Virus record (IMG/VR): IMGVR_UViG_2534681696_000002
DNA length: 62,154 nt
Source of the DNA: a virus
Reading direction: 5' to 3' (one strand)
Shown here piece after piece: positions 8,764-16,833 of the stretch (within the stretch, counting starts at the first letter, position 1; each line of letters starts with the position of its first letter). The notes below the pieces were generated by a model, which made no database searches, was not told the origin of the DNA, and saw only the letters and a program-made list of their open reading frames with translations. Both the position numbers and the translations under genes were made by a program.

Positions 8764-10354
8764 TTACTTTTTCGTCTTCTTTCAATTCTAGATCTAGATT
8801 TAGATCGCTTTCTTCGTTGAATACGTTCGGCGTCGCAGGCTTTAACGCTTTCTCGTCTTCTTCGATTCTCTCGACCACGGCTTGCGCTTGAATATCGTCT
8901 AGACCGTCCATTTCCTTGATAGCAGTTAAACGATCGATCGTAGGCATACCGCCCGTACGGATTTGCATGATTTCCGCCTGCTCTTTCTCGTTAGCAGGTA
9001 AACCGTCGCGCCATCTGATTTTCGGGTAAACCGCTTCGTAATGATTGAAAGATCCTTCATTTGCGAAATTCTCTAGTAACTGAGCGCAGTATAGTGAATC
9101 TCTGAAAGCTCGATCGACATTCGTACGTACACGCTTGACCTTCGATAAGATCGGCATAAATCGCGCTTTGATCGCCGAACCGTCAGTATGAGACGTCCCA
9201 GTCCCTCCGACGTTTCCGATCGATGTACCGAATAACCATTGCGGCGTTTCTGATAATTGGAAAACTAGATTGATTAACGTTTCTAGTTGCTTAAATGCAT
9301 CCGCTAGCTTTCCGTCCCACGTCATATAAGCGGGTGCTACTTCGCCGTCTCTTAATGGAATGTAACGACCGCCCCATGTAAGATTGACATTTTGCAGATC
9401 CACGCCGTAAGCCGTCGGGTCGCTATGTTTCATTAATATATAATCGATTTGTGTTAGACGATCATTGATCGCATAGATTAACGACTTGACTTTCTTCGTT
9501 GTACTAATTCCTCGCCAATGCGTATCGATCGCTTTATACGGGATATGTCGTACTAGGATCATAGGTACGCCCGTTTGAACTACTCGGAAGTCTTCATCGA
9601 TTTCCGCTAGTATTTCGTACTGCGGTTGGTTAATTCCATATTTCGTAGTGATCTTCGGATTCGGTGCGAGACGGAAACGTCTATACTGTATGTAACCTGC
9701 GATATGACGTTCGACATTCAGATAAGGCAATTCGCTTCCGTCCTGCTGAATAACCCATTCGATTGCAGCAATGTTTACGGCTTTGAATTTCTTCTTTGAT
9801 CCTCGCGCTAACTCAGGGAATACAGTCGAAGGATCTTGCGACTCGATGATCGATTCCATTTCGACGCCGTTCGGAATGAAAGGCAGCTCGCTAAAATCTT
9901 GACGATATGAGAAATACGTCTTAATGAACGAATCCCCTCGGAATCCTGCGCCTACGACTAGCTCTTGACCTAATGCAGAAAGATCGTTCTCTTCTACGAT
10001 TGCCGAAAGTCGCTGCTGCTCTATTGATTCGGGATCTTTGCCGCTTTCGAATGTTGGATCTTCGTTAAACATTAGATCGGCGGGCTTGTGGACGATGATG
10101 TCTAGTAGATTGACCGCTAGATATAACGAGTTTAATCGTTCTGCGTGCGGTGTATCTTTTAACATTTCCTGCGCTCGCTTCGGCAGCGATTTAAAATCTC
10201 CTTCGTATAATCGTTTGCCTGTCTCGTAATCTGCTAAACGCTCTAGATCATCTTTATGCGGGAACATCTTGCCGACTTCGAATAAGGTGTCATTCGGTTT
10301 GTATTCCGTTTCTTGTGTACTATCGTGCTTATCGTGGTAGTTATGATTCGTCAT
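8753..10354 (-). CDS. Portal protein
   Basis: 533 aa, downstream of the terminase and upstream of the minor head protein, with an acidic C-terminus. Confidence 0.8.
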   Translation of the reverse strand: MTNHNYHDKHDSTQETEYKPNDTLFEVGKMFPHKDDLERLADYETGKRLYEGDFKSLPKRAQEMLKDTPHAERLNSLYLAVNLLDIIVHKPADLMFNEDPTFESGKDPESIEQQRLSAIVEENDLSALGQELVVGAGFRGDSFIKTYFSYRQDFSELPFIPNGVEMESIIESQDPSTVFPELARGSKKKFKAVNIAAIEWVIQQDGSELPYLNVERHIAGYIQYRRFRLAPNPKITTKYGINQPQYEILAEIDEDFRVVQTGVPMILVRHIPYKAIDTHWRGISTTKKVKSLIYAINDRLTQIDYILMKHSDPTAYGVDLQNVNLTWGGRYIPLRDGEVAPAYMTWDGKLADAFKQLETLINLVFQLSETPQWLFGTSIGNVGGTGTSHTDGSAIKARFMPILSKVKRVRTNVDRAFRDSLYCAQLLENFANEGSFNHYEAVYPKIRWRDGLPANEKEQAEIMQIRTGGMPTIDRLTAIKEMDGLDDIQAQAVVERIEEDEKALKPATPNVFNEESDLNLDLELKEDEKVNEG

Positions 10355-10375
10355 TCTATCGCCTCCTATATAAAT

Positions 10376-10401
10376 AAAAAGAGCGCCCGTAATGAGCGCT
10401 G
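10376..10401 (-). terminator. Terminator after the deoxyribosyltransferase cassette
   Basis: Minus-strand AGCGCTCATTACGGGCGCT followed by CTTTTTATTTA. Confidence 0.55.
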
Positions 10402-10405
10402 CAAA

Positions 10406-10900
10406 TTAGATAACCGTACCTTCGTAGTACACTTTTTCTAGTTCGTTAATGCGTACATCGAAGTTATATGCTTCTAGTGCTTCGCGACCTTCTAGAAATG
10501 CGTGACACGATTCTGTTAACATGATGTTTCGTGGTAGATCCGTGTTATCGTCGAATAAGATAACTGGACGTTGTAACGCTCCTGCTGCGCCTAGTTCCCA
10601 GTTTGTGCCGCTATCAGTCGAATGAACTGCGACAACGATATCGCACTTTAGGATCTCGTGACAGTCGTTAAGGTACGTAGCTTTTCGCCACTCTACCGAT
10701 CCGAATTCTAAATGTTCATTTTGATGCTCGCGAGGGCTGAAAACTTCTAGACCTTTTTCGCGTAACGTTTTCTCTACGAATGCAACGCGTTCGATCTCTT
10801 CGTCATTAAAGAATGGAGACGCTAGATACACCTTTAACGGGCGTTTCGGTAGATTTAGAATGTTGTTTGGGTTAACGTATGTTGCGATGATCTTTGCCAT
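10406..10900 (-). CDS. Nucleoside 2-deoxyribosyltransferase-family protein
   Basis: KVYLASPFFNDEE and DSGTNWELGAA motifs. Start ATG 10900 lies 9 nt after GGAGG. Confidence 0.75.
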   Translation of the reverse strand: MAKIIATYVNPNNILNLPKRPLKVYLASPFFNDEEIERVAFVEKTLREKGLEVFSPREHQNEHLEFGSVEWRKATYLNDCHEILKCDIVVAVHSTDSGTNWELGAAGALQRPVILFDDNTDLPRNIMLTESCHAFLEGREALEAYNFDVRINELEKVYYEGTVI

Positions 10901-10953
10901 ATTTGACAACCTCCAAAATTCATGTTAAGGAAGACCGCCCGAAGACGAATCTT

Positions 10954-10973
10954 CCCTACACGTACATAAACGC
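10954..10973 (-). promoter_or_regulatory. Intergenic 20-bp box, copy r (GCGTTTATGTACGTGTAGGG)
   Basis: Begins 4 nt after the terL stop codon and ends 53 nt before ATG 10900. Confidence 0.7.
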
Positions 10974-10977
10974 TAGA

Positions 10978-12735
10978 TCATAACCAACTAGGTTTATCTC
11001 TCATAACAGATCTAGGGCGTGCAACGTGCTCTACTGACATTTGAAGGGCGTCGGCTGAATCTACATAGTCACCGTACGGGTATGCATCTAACTGCTCTAG
11101 AAGTAACTTATGATGTCTGTTAAAAATTAGAGTTTTGTTAACACAATACGGCTCTAATGATTCTATACGCTGCTCTTTCGAAGCCTTCTGCGCTTTGACA
11201 TCGACTACTTTCGTCGTATAAAGTCCTTGACGTGGCAGCTCTTCTTGTAACTGACGATAGAACTCATGCTGCGCGTTGATCGTCTCTACTACTAGTAGGT
11301 TTGGTCGGTATGCTCGTACACGATCGATAATGCCTTTCATGAATTTATGCGGTGGCTCTTTGGTTGCGTATTCTTCCAACACAAAAATGCGCCCTGACGC
11401 TTCGTGTCTACCCGTTATTAATAACGCGTTATAGCACGAGCGGGCGCTTTTACCCATTGCGATATCCCACGCGGCAGATATTGACATATCGCGCAGGCTA
11501 TACGTTTCCCCGTCGTATACGCAGGCTCTTTCGCCTGTATAATGATCGAAGTCGTACGTATAATAGCCGAAATTTTCGGCGAAGAAGAATTTTTCGTCTT
11601 CACTGAAAGCACGGTTTCGATACTCGGAATTGAATGTTTTCGTACCCATATTCGCCTTACGTTCCATTAATGCTTTATAAGTCCAACGCCATTCCCACGC
11701 GGTTTCTACGCCTAGCATTAACGCGACTTCGTTCTTCTCGTAGAATTCATCGGAAGCGCCGTCCGCACCGTGAAGGTATAGATCGATGTACTCTTCCCAC
11801 ATTTTCGGGAATTGAGGCTCGTTGACGATCGCATCATAGAAACACGGTCGAAAATCTCGTCGTTTTAGTACGTGCGCTAGTAACCCAGTCGCAGAAACCA
11901 TCGTACCGACTAGAATGTGATTCGTAGTTTTACCACCGATCGGTAATACAACGGCGTTGTACCAGTCGATCAGCTTTTGACGCGCTTCTTTAGTACCTTC
12001 GTTATTCATCGACGATGGATCATCGACGACGACGCTCGTAGGTCTTAGTGCGCCGTGGCGTTTTCCTCGTAATTGCTTCCCTGATGAACTCGCCTCGACT
12101 AATTGATTCGCCCGCGTAATGAAAGAAGACTCATTATCGCGTTCGTTTGCCATCGGGTTTTCATATAGAAGTAATCCGAAGTCTTCGATCAGCTTCTTAT
12201 TGAATTTAAGCTGCTTATTACACCACCCGATCAGCTTTTTCGATAGGTCGTCCGTTTCCGAAACTACTAAGATATATCTATGCGATAATTGTCGGAATAC
12301 TATGCCTTTTAATACGTACGCATTCGAAAAGATACCCGACTTCGAGTGCCCGCGGGGTGCTGCGATTGCAAGGTTTGTTCCCGTGCCTGCGTCTACATCG
12401 TCGCATAGTCCGAAGAACTCTTTATGTATTCCCGCCATTTCTTCGAGATTTTGGTGCGGCGTACCATCGTCAGAATTTTGTATAATATTATCGTCATTTT
12501 CGGGGTTGTACCCGTCCGATAGATATTCCATCGTAAAGAATGCGTTATCTACTTCGGCGCGATGTACTCGCTCTAGTCTGACAAGCTCTTCTTTTTCTCG
12601 CAGCATCATTTCGATATGGTATTCGCTTGCGTTGCCCGATTCGTAAAGATCTAAAAGCGAAGAAAGGCGATCTTTTACGATCGCGATTCTTTCCGCTCTT
12701 TCTTCACGACTCAGAAATTTTGAGCCGATCCACAT
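10978..12735 (-). CDS. Terminase large subunit
   Basis: About 585 aa. ...AIAAPRGHSKSG... is Walker-A-like, and the C-terminal half is nuclease-like. ATG 12735 follows the terS stop (alternative GTG at 12750). Confidence 0.85.
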   Translation of the reverse strand: MWIGSKFLSREERAERIAIVKDRLSSLLDLYESGNASEYHIEMMLREKEELVRLERVHRAEVDNAFFTMEYLSDGYNPENDDNIIQNSDDGTPHQNLEEMAGIHKEFFGLCDDVDAGTGTNLAIAAPRGHSKSGIFSNAYVLKGIVFRQLSHRYILVVSETDDLSKKLIGWCNKQLKFNKKLIEDFGLLLYENPMANERDNESSFITRANQLVEASSSGKQLRGKRHGALRPTSVVVDDPSSMNNEGTKEARQKLIDWYNAVVLPIGGKTTNHILVGTMVSATGLLAHVLKRRDFRPCFYDAIVNEPQFPKMWEEYIDLYLHGADGASDEFYEKNEVALMLGVETAWEWRWTYKALMERKANMGTKTFNSEYRNRAFSEDEKFFFAENFGYYTYDFDHYTGERACVYDGETYSLRDMSISAAWDIAMGKSARSCYNALLITGRHEASGRIFVLEEYATKEPPHKFMKGIIDRVRAYRPNLLVVETINAQHEFYRQLQEELPRQGLYTTKVVDVKAQKASKEQRIESLEPYCVNKTLIFNRHHKLLLEQLDAYPYGDYVDSADALQMSVEHVARPRSVMRDKPSWL

Positions 12736-12736
12736 A

Positions 12737-13177
12737 TTACAGATCGCCACCTTTCGCGCCCTGCGTCATAGCTTTGATGTCTTCTAACTCTTTCGCTAGA
12801 TCTGCGTTGCTGCGTGCGCCGTCCGTCGTGTTATCCTCGATAATCTTCTTATCAGTAAGTAACGCATGACGTCGGAAGTATAAATCGATACCTTTAATCG
12901 ATGGTTGCTGCCCGCCGATCGTACGCATTAACTGTTTATATACGAAAGGTCGCATTTCTGCGAGGAATTCGTCAGCGATAATGTTCTTATAATCGATGAA
13001 CGCTTTATTTTTCGTTCTCCATTTATACAGGCACATACGCGTAACGCCTAACTCGGACGCGATTTCCTCCTGCGTTTTCTTATCTTCGTCTAGCGCTAGC
13101 TCGTTCTCTACTAACATAAAAGCGGCTTCGCGCTGCTTTAGATTTAACCTTGATTCTAGTTCTTTTTTACTTGCCAT
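12737..13177 (-). CDS. Terminase small subunit
   Basis: 146 aa with the helix-turn-helix (HTH) EEIASELGVTRMCLYKWRTKN, directly upstream of terL. Confidence 0.7.
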   Translation of the reverse strand: MASKKELESRLNLKQREAAFMLVENELALDEDKKTQEEIASELGVTRMCLYKWRTKNKAFIDYKNIIADEFLAEMRPFVYKQLMRTIGGQQPSIKGIDLYFRRHALLTDKKIIEDNTTDGARSNADLAKELEDIKAMTQGAKGGDL

Positions 13178-13211
13178 TCTTAAAACCCCCTTATTTTTAT
13201 TTAGAAATGCG

Positions 13212-13240
13212 TTGACACCTGCGCGATATCATGCAATAAT
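13212..13240 (+). promoter_or_regulatory. Sigma-A-type promoter P1 for the recombinase (TTGACA-17-AATAAT, GATATCA in the spacer)
   Basis: TTGACAcctgcgcGATATCAtgcAATAAT, 48 nt before ATG 13289. Confidence 0.65.
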
Positions 13241-13288
13241 GAATGTAACAAAAAAATACGGCATGATACATTCAGGAGGACAACAAAT

Positions 13289-13843
13289 ATGAAAGAAGTA
13301 CAACCAATCAGAAATAAACGCGATATCAATAAGATGAAACGCGCCCTAAGTGGTCGTAATAAATTGCTTTTCGTTTTGGGAATTAATCTAGGTTTGCGAA
13401 TCTCGGATCTGCTTTCGCTAAAGGCGTCGGATCTGTACAACGCAAATAATCGCTTTAAATCTCATATCGAATTGATCGAGACTAAAACGAAGAAACGTCG
13501 TAAATTGACGATCAGTGACGCAGTTAAGAAAGAGATCAAAGATGCGGGAATTACGGGATATAGCGAAGACTACCTATTTCCGTCACGTAAAGGATCGAAG
13601 CCGATCGGACGTGTACAGGCTTATCGAATTCTTAACGAAGCTGCGGATCGCGCAGGATTGAGCGAGATCGGAACGCATACACTTCGAAAGACATTCGGCT
13701 ACCATGCGTATAAAGGTGGCGTCGATGTCGCTACATTGCAGCGCATATTCAATCATTCGAGCGAAAAAATTACGCTGCATTATATCGGAATTACGCAAGA
13801 TACAATCGACGAGGTATACAATACCGTTTCACTATCGTTGTAA
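13289..13843 (+). CDS. Small tyrosine recombinase (catalytic domain only, 184 aa)
   Basis: R (GLRISDL), HxxR (HTLRKTF) and H...Y (HSSEKITLHY) catalytic pattern. No N-terminal core- or arm-binding domain. Confidence 0.85.
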   Translation: MKEVQPIRNKRDINKMKRALSGRNKLLFVLGINLGLRISDLLSLKASDLYNANNRFKSHIELIETKTKKRRKLTISDAVKKEIKDAGITGYSEDYLFPSRKGSKPIGRVQAYRILNEAADRAGLSEIGTHTLRKTFGYHAYKGGVDVATLQRIFNHSSEKITLHYIGITQDTIDEVYNTVSLSL

Positions 13844-13845
13844 TA

Positions 13846-13884
13846 GAAAAAAGCGCTACCCACTAAGGGCGGCGCTTTATTTGC
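13846..13884 (+). terminator. Possible terminator after the recombinase gene
   Basis: AGCGC...GCGCT stem with a long loop, followed by TTTATTT. Weak. Confidence 0.35.
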
Positions 13885-13886
13885 GT

Positions 13887-13946
13887 TTATCTCTTCATAA
13901 TATAGGTACGACTAGCTGCGTATTAATTGTATACATCGTGTAAACT
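13887..13946 (-). promoter_or_regulatory. 62-bp repeat copy B (candidate late promoter reading toward terS, antisense to the recombinase gene)
   Basis: Aligns with 7750..7813. The minus strand reads ...ATGTATACAATTAAT-N17-TATATT, with the -10-like hexamer at 13904..13899. Confidence 0.45.
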
Positions 13947-14006
13947 AATCTATTTAACGCAGTATTCACGGGCTTTTATGTCTATTGTATTATTTGCATA
14001 ATAGTC

Positions 14007-14120
14007 CATGTGACGTTGGTGTAACATGGCTAGACGTCACACTAACTATAACTATTAATAAACGATAGCTATTATATAAATATATCTGATCGCATTAAAA
14101 TGCTCTCAGTGATACGCAGC
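14007..14120. repeat. Inverted repeat, left copy (partner 45762..45866)
   Basis: ccatgtgacgttggtgtaacatggctagacgtcacactaac, aaacgatagctattatataaatatatctg and gatacgcag match the reverse complement of 45762..45866. Contains the hairpin TGTGACG-N21-CGTCACA. Confidence 0.85.
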
Positions 14121-14282
14121 AATACAATAATAATGCAAGAAAGGGCGGCTAGACTGCGTATATTAAAAGATAAAAGATAATAGACGATAACTTATGCGTT
14201 AATTTCGATAGAAAAGATTACGCTAATAAATACCCGATATCTCTTAAACGCCTCAGATTCGATTGTAAGACGTTTTATGCGC

Positions 14283-14472
14283 TAGGAATATGATAGGACT
14301 CGAAATATACGTTCATACGCTTATTTAGCAAGTTGCGTAATTACAGGCGATAGATATGCGATAGGATTCGTTAAGATATCGATAGGACTTCGGAAGGGAT
14401 CATAAAAAGTGGACTTCGTTAGGATTTTCGGTAGGATATCGGAAGGATTTCGTTAGCTGCTGCGCTAGGATC
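14283..14472. repeat. Array of about 10 degenerate TAGGA(T/C)TTCG-like iterons, many spaced 10-12 bp apart
   Basis: TAGGA or AAGGA at 14283, 14294, 14362, 14383, 14394, 14420, 14432, 14443 and 14466. The run 14420-14466 is phased at 11-12 bp. Confidence 0.7.
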
Positions 14473-15635
14473 AACGCCCTGAGTTAAAAATGGTGCGCGC
14501 TTTATGAATACCATTGCTGAGCGGGGTCTCGACGGGGGCTTGGGGGGTCGGCGCAATTTCGGTTTGGGTTGGCTCGTCGGTGAGTGGCGTATGCATTTCG
14601 ATGAATGACGAATACAACAGAATGACATTTTGTTACTTTCGACAATTCGTTTTAAACGTTGATTTAAAAGCTTTCGCAAGACTTTCGCATTCAATTTGTT
14701 TTAATAAAAGTTTTATGCATTAAAAGAAACGTTGATTTAAAAGCATTCTTCTTTCGCAAGTGAATTCATTCGAATGAATAAGATATGAATAAAGAAGTCG
14801 ATCGATTCTTTTCAACCCCCTGAGTTTCGAAGTCCTTTCTTCTCAGCGAGATTTGCTGATGAATTCAATCGCAACTCTTTCTCGCAACTCATTCGAATAC
14901 TCAACGCATAACACTTCTATATCTTATTGCGCATAACTATCGACGTACTATCGTCATGTGCCGTAGTGGTATGGTATCGTAGTACCGTATAACTATCGCC
15001 ATATATCCGTGTGGTATATCGCACATTGACCGCCTACTATTATCGCTATGGTATTCGTAAGCACGTAAACATACGTATACCTAAGCGCCATATATACCCG
15101 ACCTATATACGCCTTGTTATATCGGGGTGTTATATAGTAGGGTATTGCGTATAGGTAGCGGGCTATTGGTAATATAGTGCGGGCTATTGGTACGACTACT
15201 ATCCGCCCTGTTATTATAACAGTACATAACGTGGTATATTTAGCGTAATAATCGCTCATATATAGCGCCCTATTAACCGTACATTATGCGCATTGGTAAC
15301 GTACATTATACGTATATCTGTATTGTTTACATTGGCGCTTATTTAACGTCATATATAACGCTATATTTGTCGTTATATTTAGCCTACATTTACATACATT
15401 TAACGTAATGATAGTCGTAATATAGAGTAAATAGAATCGACCTATCGGTGATACCGCACATTTGTCGATTATTTATCGAACATTTAACGCACATTGATAC
15501 GACTATAAAGCGTCTCTTAGATAACTAAACGGTATTTAATTGTATATATAAAGCGTATAAATACAATAATATTCGCCTATAATATAATTAAAATCACGCC
15601 GTTTCTTGCAAAATAAAATAAATTATCAAATAGTG

Positions 15636-15665
15636 TTGACACCTTCGTCATATCAATGTTATAAT
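15636..15665 (+). promoter_or_regulatory. Sigma-A-type promoter P2 (TTGACA-18-TATAAT)
   Basis: TTGACAccttcgtcatatcaatgtTATAAT. The 21-bp core is nearly identical to 31467..31487. Confidence 0.7.
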
Positions 15666-15712
15666 AAATATGTGCTTGAGAGAGTACAATACTTTCGAAA
15701 GGAGGTTACGAA

Positions 15713-15868
15713 GTGGATATCGTGTTACACTTTATATCGACATACGGATTTGATATCGCTAAATACTTACTACCGTTTATCGCAGTCAAATGGGAATTTG
15801 AGTACATAGACGAAGATGGTAAGAAAAAGCGTAGATTCAAAATCGCAAGTCGATTCTCACGAAAGTAA
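15713..15868 (+). CDS. Small protein (51 aa), first gene of a plus-strand unit
   Basis: GTG start 7 nt after GGAGG. Product VDIVLHFISTYGFDIAKYLLPFIAVKWEFEYIDEDGKKKRRFKIASRFSRK. Absent from the track (under 60 aa). Confidence 0.5.
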   Translation: MDIVLHFISTYGFDIAKYLLPFIAVKWEFEYIDEDGKKKRRFKIASRFSRK

Positions 15869-15940
15869 AATAGCATAGGGCGTGTGACAGCACGCTCTAC
15901 CTATTACTTAATTATAACACGAAATATCCACGAATATACT

Positions 15941-16108
15941 ATGAAAAAGAATCGAAATGTAACGTTCCTAATTGTATTCGCATTCGTCTTTATGTGTGCA
16001 GCGAAAGCGTTCGGAAACTTATACGTATCATCATTCGGCGTAATCTTCGCCCTATCAGTAGCCGCAGCGGTAATTACCGATATGGTAAAAAGGGAACGCA
16101 AGGCATAA
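15941..16108 (+). CDS. Small membrane protein (55 aa, two hydrophobic segments)
   Basis: MKKNRNVTFLIVFAFVFMCAAKAFGNLYVSSFGVIFALSVAAAVITDMVKRERKA. The start is uncertain (track start is GTG 15884). Confidence 0.4.
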   Translation: MKKNRNVTFLIVFAFVFMCAAKAFGNLYVSSFGVIFALSVAAAVITDMVKRERKA

Positions 16109-16133
16109 AAAGGCGAATAATAGCACGAATCAT

Positions 16134-16175
16134 AAAAGGCGGCGATCTGTCAAGAGATCCCCGCCATTTTTTTTA
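16134..16175. terminator. Bidirectional terminator between convergent genes
   Basis: GGCGGCGATCT-gtcaag-AGATCCCCGCC, flanked by an A-run and a T-run. Confidence 0.75.
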
Positions 16176-16553
16176 TTTATATTTACGTTTTGTATTCTCA
16201 TATGCGAATGCTACGTCTTGTGAATCTAACGACCTGTCCGCAATATCGAATTGTCTCGCTAATCTATCGTTAGTTTTGCGTCGCACATGAAACGATTTAA
16301 TCACGCCGTCGTGCATATATTCACCCATTGCAGTAAATAGCGATTCTACTGTTTTGTGATATGCAGCTTTAAAGGCACGCATTACGTTCCCAGTATATAC
16401 ACTATACCCACGTAAGTACACTCGTTTTCCGTCCGTTACAATCTCGCATACGTCCATGTCGTTGCGACCACGTTCGTTATAACTTTCGTACTCGTCCTCG
16501 GAATTCCATCGAATTACCACTTTATCGCCGATTTTCGGTTGTCCTTTAATCAT
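16173..16553 (-). CDS. Hypothetical protein (126 aa), N-terminus related to the upstream paralog array
   Basis: MIKGQPKIGDKVVIRWNSED... shares the GD.V.IRW opening with 17126..17416. Confidence 0.5.
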   Translation of the reverse strand: MIKGQPKIGDKVVIRWNSEDEYESYNERGRNDMDVCEIVTDGKRVYLRGYSVYTGNVMRAFKAAYHKTVESLFTAMGEYMHDGVIKSFHVRRKTNDRLARQFDIADRSLDSQDVAFAYENTKRKYK

Positions 16554-16554
16554 A

Positions 16555-16833
16555 TTATTTCGTCCCCTTTTCGATTAAGTCTAGCGACCATTTATCGCCG
16601 TTATATATGTTAACTAGCGTTGCGTTTGAATCGTCCATAATTCGACGCAATAACTCTTCTTTGTTGTGGCACTTATCTTTATATCGGTGACTACCGCAGC
16701 GCAGGTTAATTAAATAATTCGCACCCGTTACGATATAGAACTGATTGTATATCATTCCCGTGCGACTCATTTCCACGATGTCGCCGCTCTTTAATTCGAC
16801 TCGCTCTTCTTTTGCTTTAACGTTGATTATCAT
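16555..16833 (-). CDS. Paralog family member 3 (92 aa)
   Basis: SGDIVEMS...YLINLRCGSHRYKDKCHNKEELLRRIMDDSNATLVNIY aligns with the two upstream genes. Confidence 0.55.
   Translation of the reverse strand: MIINVKAKEERVELKSGDIVEMSRTGMIYNQFYIVTGANYLINLRCGSHRYKDKCHNKEELLRRIMDDSNATLVNIYNGDKWSLDLIEKGTK

Noticed and set aside
11352-12646. Alternative-frame ORFs within terL (11352..11606, 11418..11612, 11634..11825, 12119..12646)
   Set aside because: They lie inside a continuous 585-aa terminase ORF, with biased R/S/F composition and no RBS.
13201-13440. Minus-strand 79-aa ORF overlapping the recombinase promoter and 5' end
   Set aside because: Antisense to a well-supported gene with promoter and RBS. 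Odd composition and no RBS.
14419-14694. Minus-strand 91-aa ORF (Pro/Arg/Lys-rich) in the non-coding region
   Set aside because: The proline-rich part is just the complement of the G-run island. No Shine-Dalgarno sequence precedes the ATG. It crosses the iteron array.
14993-15259. Minus-strand 88-aa ORF (Tyr/Ile-rich) in the TA-rich repeat mosaic
   Set aside because: Its composition reflects TAT/ATA repeats. No RBS and no neighbouring co-oriented genes.
14283-15600. Possible CRISPR array, because of the many short repeats
   Set aside because: The repeats are 5-14 bp, degenerate and irregularly spaced. There are no 25-40-bp unique spacers of constant length and no cas genes.
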